From Basidiobolus ranarum (Eukaryota), in contig JASJQH010000063.1 of the NCBI GenBank assembly GCA_040143965.1, positions 1-35,538 on the forward strand: a stretch of 35,538 nt of DNA, in the 5' to 3' direction. Positions 1 through 12,104 of the stretch are shown here, piece after piece. A program made the translations under genes and the position numbers. Numbering within the stretch: position 1 is the first letter of the stretch; the number at the start of each line of letters is the position of its first letter. Under the pieces are notes generated by a model, which was not told the origin of the DNA, ran no database searches, and saw nothing but the letters and a program-made list of their open reading frames with translations.

Positions 1-837
1 TGTACCTTGGGGTACTTCCTAATATAAGGAGTAGACGTGAACCCGGATGATAAATACAATTAGAATGGTGCGAAACCACATGGCATATGTTCAACATATG
101 TACTTACCATGGCCTATATGATCCATAGCGTCATAATGGATAAAGAGATAACGAGTGTCAACTCCCTTGGTTTTGATGAAGCTAACTACGCTGTTAGTAA
201 GGTCTTCATCGCCTTGGAATACTTTGGTAACATTTAGAGAGCGCTCTACCATTCCATCGGGGATTGCCTTCCATGCAGAATATACAGCCAACTTGACCGC
301 TGGACGCTCAGCAAGAAGAAGCTTAAAGATGGTGGGGTAAGCAGAGTTCTCAGGATAAACAGAGATAGCGGCGTTGGTATTGGTGAGTTTGTGTTTATCA
401 GGGTTGACACCAGTAATCATTGAGCCCCAATTTTGCGCGCTAATAGTTGGTAACATCGCAGCAGCATTTAGCGTAGAAGCACCTGAGGCCAAAAACTTAT
501 CGAGGACGGGAGTGTTAGCCCACTGAAGGAAATTACCACCACCATCAATTCCAATGAATACAACGCGCTTGAACTCGGACTTGGGGAATTGGCGAATACG
601 ATCGTTGACAAGATCTACATCCGCTTGATTCACTTGACCATCGCCATTGACATCTGCGGATTTCGCATTTTTCCAGTTGGGACTAGTCTCGCTCAAGCCC
701 AAGAAACCTTTGATAAAGGTAACATCATCACCATTCACCAAGCCATCGCTGTTAGCATCCGGATGGACTACGGCTTGGGTTATGGTAACCTGAGCAGCAA
801 GGCATGCCAAAGTAATGAGAAACAATGATTTAGACAT
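1..837 (-). CDS. Secreted bacterial-type dockerin + alkaline phosphatase superfamily (nucleotide pyrophosphatase/phosphodiesterase-like) protein; 3' part runs off the left edge
   Basis: ATG at 837 and a hydrophobic signal peptide (MSKSLFLITLACLAAQVTITQA). Residues 27-81 carry two Ca2+-loop repeats, DANSDGLVNGDD and DVNGDGQVNQAD. AP-superfamily motifs follow: VVFIGIDG, PTISAQNWGSMITG and HYDAMDHIGH. A probable intron at 107..19 (GTAAGT...TATTAG) lets the frame continue as G-S-T-P-R-Y. Confidence 0.8.
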
Positions 838-886
838 AGCAAATATGGTTATCAGTATGGAATTATTGATGCATGTTAGTTGTCAC

Positions 887-893
887 TTTTATA
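887..893 (-). promoter_or_regulatory. Putative TATA box of the dockerin-phosphatase gene
   Basis: TATAAAA on the minus strand about 50 nt upstream of ATG 837. Confidence 0.45.
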
Positions 894-1721
894 TGGTTGA
901 AGTCTGATAGAGACGCTGATTATAGAAGTAACCCTCGTAGACAAGTCCTTATATTCGTACAACAGTAGGTCTATCAATTACTCTTTTCCCTTGAAGCTAC
1001 TTCTCTATTGTCAACTCATTAGTAATATTGGCCATGAAGTTTACCGAGAAAACCGGGATGGAGTTACAACTCAATTCAAAGCTTTATTACATTAAATTTG
1101 TGAATGTGGGGACTAAGAGGTCTTTAATTTGAACAGTCCATGCCTTGCAAAATAACTTCGATTGGTAAATGGTGACTGAGATTTACCCATTAGCGTAGAA
1201 ATAAGCAGATCATTGGTGAATTGATAAAGCGAATAGAATCCATTAACCGACATGTGTTGTGTAATATATTAATAACCAGAACAATGCACTTGGCGCAGAA
1301 CTCAACTTGATGCAAGGTGAGCTGCTAATAGCGTACAGAAACCTACTACCTCAATCATAATCTGACTCTTGAACAACTTGTGATTATTTAGCGATGAAGG
1401 CCTATTCAAGTTTACCAGTACACCCTTGATTAATGATGTTATAGCACTACCTACCTTAATCATGGTATTTACATTCTTAATTTCCACAACACTTCCACAT
1501 CTCTTGGCAACAAGTGAGGCATTTGAATTCTGATGGTAGGTAACCAAATTTTAATATTACAGAAGATACATGATAACGGAATGGTGATTAAGAGAGATCA
1601 TATGATACTAACACAATAATAAGGGATGTTTTTCAGAAATATCAAATAGCTATTCTCAAAGTGATGAAGAAAGGGTTGAGGGTGTGATTTCTCAGCAAGA
1701 AATACTAATTATAACATTCCA

Positions 1722-3273
1722 TTACCATCCAAATATCACGTCCAACGCTTTGCCCCATGTATTATTCTCGGATTTTACTCCGTCTGATGAAGACTGAGCT
1801 TGTGCAGATGGAAGGATTGTGGCAGGTTTGATATTAAGTCCGGCAGCTCCATTTCCTCTTCTCATGGTTGAAGTGGAGGAGTCGAGTAATGAAGCACTTG
1901 GAATATCTTGAGTGATTTGTTGAGGTACACGGTTGGCCATTGAGGACCCAGCAAGTGTAGAGATTCGATTACGCTCCTCAGTCACCGATTGAACTGGTGG
2001 TGGAGTGTTGTAGCCATTTGTAGTAGCATTCATATCGGATACTACTTCACCCGATCCATTGTCAAGATCTTGAGCAACTGGTACAACACCGATCATTACC
2101 GAATTATTAAAGATCTTGCCATTTTTCGCGAGAGCTCGATGAGCTTGCCAACGAGATGTGTATGTGATGGTCATCCAGTTACCACCAGATGGAGACATTT
2201 CGTAAGAGACTACATCACCATAACTACGAAATTGTGACAAAATGAGGGAAGTTGCTGATGGAGGGAAACCGAAGACAACGACTGAGTTAGAAGTCAACGG
2301 CATTGAACGACTAAATTTAGAAATTGAATATAAGTCATCACACTTCATCAAAATTTTCCCCGAGTAATATACTCACTCTTGGTCCATACGGGAAGTATGA
2401 GAGAACTCATTTTCACGAGCAATAGTACTAGCAGAATTGGAAGCTGACATGCTAGTGGGGCGAGCAGTACTAGTTCCTGGATAAAATCCGTTCTATAATA
2501 ATATTTAAGGTTACTACTTGGTTAATTTGATTAAAATAATATTCAAAGCAAAATATCTACATCTCTGGGCCCTTGAGGTGATGCCTCCATATCGTAAATA
2601 GATTCCGAAGGTGGGACATCCTCATTGTTGGAGTAAGCACTCATAGATCTTAAGTAAACGAATCGTGAATTTAGTAAATATGTTGTGGGTTGATTCGAGT
2701 TGATTTATGAAAATGTCTCACCTGGACTCATATAAATCGCGTGTGGTAGATCCTGAAGTGGGTTTTTGTGGGCTACAGATAGAGATTATGAGTTTCATGT
2801 GAAATATAAAGAGTACCCAGTGATAAAAATATACCTTGTCCAACCAGAAGTTCTTGTATTGGGCGTGGCAAACTCGGTATTATATGAAGTGGCCGGCTAA
2901 AAACAAAGGTAAATATGAGCTTCCTGAACGGTATGAGGTCCTTTGAAGTTTCCATTACCTGTCCTTGAGCAGCATTCATTAAGAATGAAGGTAAATAATT
3001 TGATTTTGGACTTTGTGATACGTTGGGGGTAGAAGGTGATCTTTGGGTTACTCCATCAGAACCCATAAAAAATTGGGAACTAGAGTAACTGTCTTCTCTG
3101 ACAAGAGAATTCTGTCTATTTTGTAGTTGACTAGACTGACGTAACGAACCATAAGGGTTGGTGTTGGCGTTGGATCTAGGTGGATTCCCAGCTGGCGTAC
3201 TTGAGACTTGGGAAGCGTTTGGGTTGTTGAAAGAGATTCGACTACCAGCAACTTGAAGTGGTGTTCCGTACAT
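1722..3273 (-). CDS. NUP53: Nucleoporin Nup53/Nup35 (multi-exon)
   Basis: Last exon encodes the Nup35-type RRM (VVVFGFPP...GNWMTITY...AHRALAKNG...MIGV) and the characteristic C-terminal amphipathic helix WGKALDVIFGW. N-terminal YLPSFLM motif. Likely ATG at 3273 (MYGTP...), with GT-AG introns between about 2340 and 2960. Confidence 0.9.
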
Positions 3274-3487
3274 ATTGAAAGAAGTATTGGCAAAGAGAAA
3301 AGTGTTGGAATAATAAGAACCCTCTATGTTTCCTGCTTTCGAATCAACCACTTCATGCTCGGTTTTTTTTATCTTCATTTTAAGTTCCAATATTTTCCAT
3401 GATTTCGTTGTTTAGATATCACGTGTTGGGTAGGAATATCAAAACAACTATGATCAACGCACAAAAAAATTGGATTGAAATGATCAT

Positions 3488-3583
3488 CTAACCCTAACCC
3501 TAAACCTAAACCCAATTCATGATGCGTGGTAATCCTAACAATAACGATCGAGCAGAACCCCCAGAAGAGCACCTAACCCTAAA
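3488..3583. repeat. Short interstitial telomere-like repeats (CCCTAA/CCTAAA units)
   Basis: CTAACCCTAACCCTAAACCTAAACCC at 3488-3513 and CCTAACCCTAAA at 3572-3583, upstream of NUP53. Confidence 0.75.
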
Positions 3584-4048
3584 TGTGGACGGACTGACTT
3601 CATGGTGATATATGATAATGTTTATTTTTATACCCAACATGGCAGCTCTTAATTGATAAATTACAGAAACTACGTTGAATTCATAATTAATAATATGAGA
3701 ATTAGGGGGAATGTCGTTTGAGAGAGAAAGTGGCGTCTATTAGAACGTACTTCAATCCAATCTTTTCTTTATACAAGGATGAAAGTTGGGTGGGTAGGTT
3801 GTAGGCTGTGGATAACCCAAGTGAGAAACATGAAGCATGGCTCTCAGTCTATGTCACGTGTGAAAAAGAAGCTACAATATGCGAATATGTTGAATGGGCA
3901 GGGGAGGGAAGAGGGAAGATGGAGATTGAATGATGGTTGCAAAATAGTAAGGAAAAAACTCTATAGATTATATAAAATGGATATGGTAACAATGGCGACA
4001 AAGGTATAGATAGGATTGTGACGATCTAAGATCCCCCTTAATTCGTTC

Positions 4049-5600
4049 TTAATTCATGCAACCTTCTTCATAAGCTCGCCACAATTCCTTTTTGATCGCC
4101 TCGAGCTCTTGATGGAGACTGCAATATTGCTTGGCCCATTTGGTGACCTCGTTGGCGTTGTGTTTGGCAAGCTCCATGTCGATTTTACGCTTGAGTTCCG
4201 ATTCTTGGGGTGTCCCGATGGCAGTTTGAAGCTGTTCATTGAGTTTCTCAAAAATCGGACGTCTCTTGGACAACTTTTCATTCAAACGAATGTAATTGCT
4301 GTACTTGATACGGAATAGCGCAGTAAGATCTTGGTAATCCGTGGCAGTCTTGACCGCGGGGATACGGAACCCTTTCGACTTTCGAATGGAAGCAGTTTTT
4401 TCGCGAACCATGGTAGAACGCTTGGGAATCTTGATGTTATAAATGGATGATGTCTCCTTGACCACTCGTGCTTTCTTCAGAGAAGTAGCAGTACTTCTGG
4501 AGATTTTGGTGGTGAGCTGAATCTCATTTGAACGTACAGCCGACTTATGCTTGATTCCTTCGGGGGCAGCAAATACTGAAGTTCTAATTGGAGTTGGTTC
4601 ATCATCCACCGAAATGGGCGACTCTGCTTTGCGCTTGTGAGTAACATCAAGCTCGCAGGGGATTTGAGATGTAGGCATTGCTTGTTTAGATGGAAGGGTT
4701 GTCTGGGAAACCTCAGTAGCTGCTTTGCTAATAAGGCTCTCTTGTACATTACGTGCGACGATCTCACGTTGTTCAGGCGTGTACAATTCCCAACTTTCTA
4801 TCTGAACTTCACTATACAGCTCTGGTTTGAGAGACCAAATACCACCTGAAACTGTCCCAACCTATATATCAGTGCAAAAATATTCAGAACTGGATAACGG
4901 TCATTAAGCATCAATAAATATCTCACCTGAATCAGAGTTCGGACAAGCTCATCCTTGGGTTTTTTCACTGCCATGGCTATCTGGGCTTGAGCCATGGATT
5001 TAAGGGCAAGCATGTGGAGGATTCTCGTTCTTAAAGCGATACCCTGTTCGATATTAGAATTCGATCCATTCGTACTCTCAAGAGAGAGATGGGTACCAAG
5101 CTTCTGTGCTATTATTGAAGAAAAAAATATCATTAGTAACAGTGAAATCAACCGAAAAAGGGGGTGAAAATAAAAGAAAACCCACAATCAACTGTTGCTA
5201 AACGAGTGCGATTCCTTGGTCTGGGTTTTTCGGGAATTTTACGTTGAACAGCCAATCTGTGGGACATTTCTCCAACGAGATCAAGTTCTGAACTTTCGGA
5301 ATCTCGCTTATAAATCTGAACTCGCTGAAGTTCGTCGACTTTATCGAAACCAAAAGGAACAGAGCCAATAGTGATTTTCTATAAACAAAAAGTACAAATA
5401 AGCACTTGGTAAATAAATGGCCAAAAGTATTGTGTATCAATGAATAAGCCACCCACTTGGTCAGCGCCGAATTGAATCTTTATGGGACCATTAGTTTGGT
5501 TTTGTAGTGATTTCAAAAAATCTTCTGATAATTTAAGGGCCATTACACGGCGACCCGAAGAGTTGGCCGCATTAAGGCACAATTTGGTGTCTGGATTCAT
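4049..5600 (-). CDS. ELL: RNA polymerase II elongation factor ELL family protein (multi-exon)
   Basis: N-terminal VMALKLSEDFLKSL...IKIQF. Central LRTRILHMLALK...WSLKPELYSEVQIESWELYTPEQR resembles the ELL winged-helix region. C-terminal occludin/ELL-like domain PAVKTATDY...F...KYSNY...LHQELEAIKKEL. GT-AG introns join the ORF fragments. Confidence 0.75.
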
Positions 5601-6675
5601 GTTGAAGTTCTATGCAACGAAGGAAAGAGCGAAGAGGGATATACTTGGTGCTATAAAAGAACTAGATAATGTAACAAACAACACGTAGCTTCAGAATGAG
5701 GTCAGTGATATTGTTAGGGACGAGTATGTATGTATAGCTGTGTTATCTAACTTCTTACTACAAAGTTCCTTCAACTTTTACCAGAGCAAAAAGGCAAAGC
5801 TCCTACGTCGGCCTTCGAAAATATTTATCTTACTTTTTGCAGAACCATGAGAGATTAGGATTCTATTTTGGCTCAGAGAGAGGCGATTCTATTGGTTCAA
5901 CTGGATACTTGTATAAATCGGCATGAAATCCTTAATTAACATAGGAATTTTTTTCATAGAAGCCCATTGTTTTTGTTAGGATCTGAACTATCTCGCACGT
6001 TTTTTTTCTTTTTTTCCGATCACAAGGATTCTTTTTTTTTCTTCCCATTAAAGCCAGTCCCTTTTTATGTAGTGTAGAGTCGCAAAGAACGATTTAATTT
6101 AGTTGTGTGACTGTGGTCGTTTTTATATGGAGTCGCAGTATTATGCTTCAGAGAATTCCCCGTCTCAACTTACAAGGGCAGAATGGGATGGTTATCTGGA
6201 TTTCTCGAATTTAGTGCTGCTTCTGTCGCTAGTTCCTCAGACCATTAGCCTGATTATCGCATGCTGATTGACTATTTGCGTAAGCGATCTTCCATTTACC
6301 CAATTCTTATGGATTTTCATCAACTGCTAGGCCTGATCTAAGCGCCTAGGACCTAGGACATGGAAAGAATCGGTATCCAAGCTGCAAGCCTGTCGATGTT
6401 TTTTTGCTGCCAACCCACCCTGGTCTGAGTGAGAGATCTGGAGTTGGCTTTGATCTTGCAAACATCTAAATTGGATGCTACACATCTATTACATGCCTAC
6501 AATAACAAGGATGTGTGGCCCAGAGGGAATCCTCATTGCGAGGTTGTTGATGAAAGTTATTTATTGTCTTGAGAGAGTAACGTAGATACACATGTTCAAA
6601 TACAAATGAGAGTGATGGTTTGACGCTGGGGAGTGATTCGCCTGTAAGAAATTGGCCAGTTTCGGAAGTAATGGC

Positions 6676-8054
<1,379 letters not shown>

Positions 8055-8350
8055 TGTAGATATTAGTTAGTAGAGAGTAGTTTGACTTGACTGAAGTGAT
8101 ATCGACACCTTGCGGAGTGCTGAGTTTCTCATAAGTCGGATCCAAGTCACTAATTCTTGCATAAATCCTTAATAATTGGCACCCGAATATATTATTGGAT
8201 AATGGTCAAATCAGATCTAATAGACTGGTAACCATTCAGAGCTGACTCACCAGTAGTTTGATGTATGAGCGATACGCAATTATCACTGGTAAGATATAAT
8301 AATAACTTCGCGTGACAGCTCGTTTTTGGGACCACAATATTCTTTTACAA

Positions 8351-11300
8351 ATGTCTATGCGCCAATTTCGAGACAAAGGTGACCAAGAGCTCGCTCTCAT
8401 CATCAAGAAAGCTGTAAGTCCCGAGGAGACTGCACCTAAACAAAAACATGTTAGAAGTAAGGGTTTTCTTAAAGAAATAGCCCTTTATATGCTATTGTAT
8501 TGATTTATTTTTCTTGTCCTTAGGCTGTATAGTTTACACTTGGGATCACAAATCCTCCCAGATGTTTTGGGCTGGATTGAAAGCTCAACCACTTTTGTCG
8601 GATGAAGTACAGTGCTTTAAAGCACTCATCACCATCCACAAAGTAATTCGAGGAGGTCATCCAGTGGTAATTTCTTACATTCCAGGATTGATTTGTTCTA
8701 CATAATAGTAAACTTATACGGATATTGCTTATAAGACCTTAAGGGAAGCAGTGAATGAATTTGGTTTTCTTGATTCCTTAGCGCAATCTGCGCCCGGGAG
8801 CGGTGTCCGAGGTTTGTATTTTATGCTGATTTTCACTAGACAAAAGGCTAACTGACGATTATTCACTAGGTTATGGTGTTCTCATTCGTGGTTATGTATC
8901 TTTTCTTTTGGCAAAGTTGGATTACCATCGTCTTCATCCTGAATTCAACGGTAACTTCGATTATGAAGAATATGTTAGTCTTAAGGGGATTAGTGACCTA
9001 AACGAAGGGTACCGATAATTAACATTTTCCTTTCATTTGTAACAATATTTATTGAATTTCTTTCTACTTCAGTTATGAAACTATTGGCGACTTGTTAACT
9101 CTTCAAGATCGTGTTGATGAGCTTCAAAAGTTAATCTTCAAGAATTTCCAGGCCTCTTCTAACAATGAGTGTCGTATTGCTGCATTGGTACCTCTCGTAG
9201 AAGAAAGTTACGGCATTTATGAGTTCTCCACTAGAATGCTAATGGCAATGCACGGAAGTAAGTTTATCAGTTGAAAATCAAATTAATATTTTATAATACA
9301 TATATAATTTATATTATGAAGCATTTGACGATTCACTTTTTTAACAATTTTTAATGGAATATTTGTAGGTGTTGAGGCTCATGAAGCATTAGAAGCGCTC
9401 AGGTCACGGTTTAACTCTCAGCATTATTCTCTTAGAAAATTTTATTATGAGTGTTCCAACCTCAAATACTTGACAAGTTTGATTCCAGTGCCTACACTTC
9501 AACAGGTAAGTCATACATTGTATGACTTTTCACTGTAGTGTGTTACTTATTTGATTGAATCAATCTTGATAGGATCCTCCCAACTTTTTGGAAGCAGGTT
9601 TAGATTCAACAACTCCTCCACCCGTTGCCTCGAGAGCTGTGTCGGAGAGTCAAAGTACAGGTGATCTTTGGGCCCAGCAACAACAAAATCAACTTGATTT
9701 ACAGAGAGAGCAGCAACGTCAACAAGAGCAGCAGCGCCAACAAGAGCTTTTGCGACAACAAGAGCAACAACGCCAACAGGAACTTTTGCAACAGCAAGAA
9801 ATGCAACGTCAGCAGGAACTTTTACAACAACAAGAACTACAACGCCAACAGGAGATTATTCGTCAACAACAACTGGCTGAGCAACGTCAACAAGAGTTTT
9901 TACGTCAGCAAGAGCAACAGCGTCAAGAGGAACTCCAACGTCAACAACAAATGGAGGCTCAGCTGGCCCAGCAACATCGTGAGTATGAAGAGCAACAAAG
10001 ACAATTGATGGAGCGTCAACAACAGGCCCAAGAACAATTGGCTCGTCAGCAGATGCAACAACAAGTTGTTGGAAAGTTACAAGAAATGGAGCAAGAATTA
10101 CTCAATTATCGTGGACAGCATGAACGAAACCAAATGACCCTCTCCCAGTATGATCGTCGAGTCAAAGCTTTGGAAAATGAATTATCCAATTTGAACTTCA
10201 CACAACAACAAAGGGATGGAAATAAGGAGGCATTGATAAAAGCATTGAGAGAGGAGTTAGCCATGTGGAAATCTAAATACGAACAGCTGGCGAAGCTGTA
10301 CTCTCAATTAAGACAGGAACATTTAGATCTTTTAGGAAAATACAAGCAGGCAAGTGTCAAGGCGGGTTCCGTTGCAGAAGTCACGACCAAATTAGAAGGA
10401 CTACAGGCGGAACTTAAAACCAAGAATAGCGAGCTTGCAGAGAAAATTCGTGATCGCGACCGGTCTAGAGCTGATCTCGAAAAATTCAAGTATGGTCAAA
10501 GAGAAGGGCTTGCAAAAACCAGACGTGAACTTTCCTATGCTAAAAATGAGCTAGAACGTCTTGAAAAATCACAAATGGAAGAATCTGATTCACTTTTGTC
10601 CAACTTCAACAGTCAAAAAGAAGCATTGGAAAAAGGAATTTCTGATAGCCAAAGAAATATCGATCAAATGTTGAAACAGATTCAAGAGGCCCGCGACGAG
10701 CTTACCAGAGTAGGAGAAAGTAGGGAGGAAGAGGTGGCCATTTTGCAAGCTGGTATGGATCAAAGCCTAATGGCCTTGGCCGAGTTACAAAACAATTCAT
10801 CCAACTCCGAATCGGATATGCAGAGAAAGCTTGAAAATATGAAATCCACTCATCGTTCTAAACTCAACAAAATCCTCGACGCTATTCTTGAGAGTTGTGT
10901 TCGTAAAGTGGATGATTCCGTGTTTGAGTTGGATTCTGAAGTACATTTGGGTAATCAATCCGCTACTCCTGAATATGTGCTATCTATGATTGAAAAGGCC
11001 TATATTGCTAGTAGTGAGTTCGCCATTAACGTAATGAAATATCTATCCGGCGACGATGATCAAACAGAAGTTATCGCCTCCGCTACTGGCTTTGCTGAAG
11101 CCATCTCACAATTCTTGAACAACACCAAAGGTGTTTCTCGACTTGCTGAGGACAACAAGGTAGAGCCACTTATCCAAGCTGCCAAAACCTCTGCCCAAAT
11201 CTGCCAAAAATTCTTCCGTGATATGGAATCTGAGAATATTGCCAATGTCTCTGATAGTGACCGCCCTGATTTGATTGCTGAATCAAATCATAGCATGCAA

Positions 11301-12104
11301 GCCTCTCTTACTGCCGTTATTGAGCTTACTGAAGCACTTATTCCTAAAGCGTCTATCATTAAGAGCAGTGAGGAGGATTTAGGAGATGCCGTAGAGCGGG
11401 AAATGATGAACGCTGCTAGAGTTATCGAAGAAGCTAACGCGAGATTAGCCAACTTGATGAATAAGCCTCGAAACCCTGAAATTACAGCAACCGAGTATCA
11501 AGTTCATGCAGCCATTCTGGATTCAGCTATGGCAATGACAAGTGCTATTGCAAACCTTATTCGTCGTGCTACCATTTCCCAGCAGGAAATTGTTGCTGAG
11601 GGACAAGGTGCTAGTTCGACCACCGCCTTCTATAAGAAAAATAATCGCTGGACTGAAGGTCTGATTTCTGCGGCTAAAGCTGTCGCAGTAGCTACCAATT
11701 TTTTGGTCGAAGCCGCTGATGGTGTTATTAGTGGAACGCATATTCTTGAACAACTGATTGTAGCTTCGAATGAAGTCGCTGCTGCAACCGCACAGCTTGT
11801 AGCTGCTTCTCGTGTCAAGGCTAATATGTACTCTAAAACCCAAGAGCAACTCGAGTTGGCTTCTAAGGCGGTCACCGATGCCTCCAAAAACATGGTCAAG
11901 GCGGTAAAAGCCATTGCAGCCAAGCAACTTGAAGAGCAGGACACACAGTTAGATCTTGCGAATATGCCTCAGCATGAATTCAAGGTGAAGGAGATGGAAC
12001 AATTAATGGAGCTTAACAATCTTGAGATCGAGCTAACCTATGCTAGAAGAAAACTGGCTGAGATGAGAAGACATGGCTATCACAATGAGCAGGATGTTAT
12101 CTAA
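8351..12104 (+). CDS. SLA2: Sla2/End4 (HIP1R-like) endocytic adaptor: ANTH + coiled coil + I/LWEQ (THATCH) domain
   Basis: ETAPKQKHVR, CIVYTWDHKS, QCFKALITIHKVIRGGHP and NNECRIAALVPLVEESYGIY (ANTH). C-terminal FYKKNNRWTEGLISAAKAVA and EQLIVASNEVAAATAQLVAASRVKA (I/LWEQ). Six short GT-AG introns precede the large last exon. Confidence 0.97.
9717..9938 (+). repeat. Coding tandem repeat, about 36-nt/12-aa unit (RQQEQQRQQELL-like), about 6 copies, in SLA2
   Basis: Translation: RQQEQQRQQELL RQQEQQRQQELL QQQEMQRQQELL QQQELQRQQEII RQQQLAEQRQQEFL RQQEQQRQEELQ. Confidence 0.85.

Noticed and set aside
1302-1547. 81-aa minus-strand ORF between the dockerin gene and NUP53
   Set aside because: Non-ATG start, no recognisable motif, AT-rich intergenic sequence.
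3375-4009. ORFs 3375-3572 (LGLGLGL run) and 3779-4009
   Set aside because: The first only translates the telomere-like repeat. The second is antisense to the CT-rich ELL 3' UTR.
6150-6535. RNase MRP/RNase P RNA suggested by GAGAATTCCCCG and GGTCTGAG
   Set aside because: No GARAR-loop P8 hairpin and no proper 3' P4 (CR-V) motif found by eye; kept only as an unassigned region.
9625-11944. Alternate-frame and antisense ORFs within SLA2
   Set aside because: Shadow ORFs of the repetitive, Ala/Gln-rich coding sequence.
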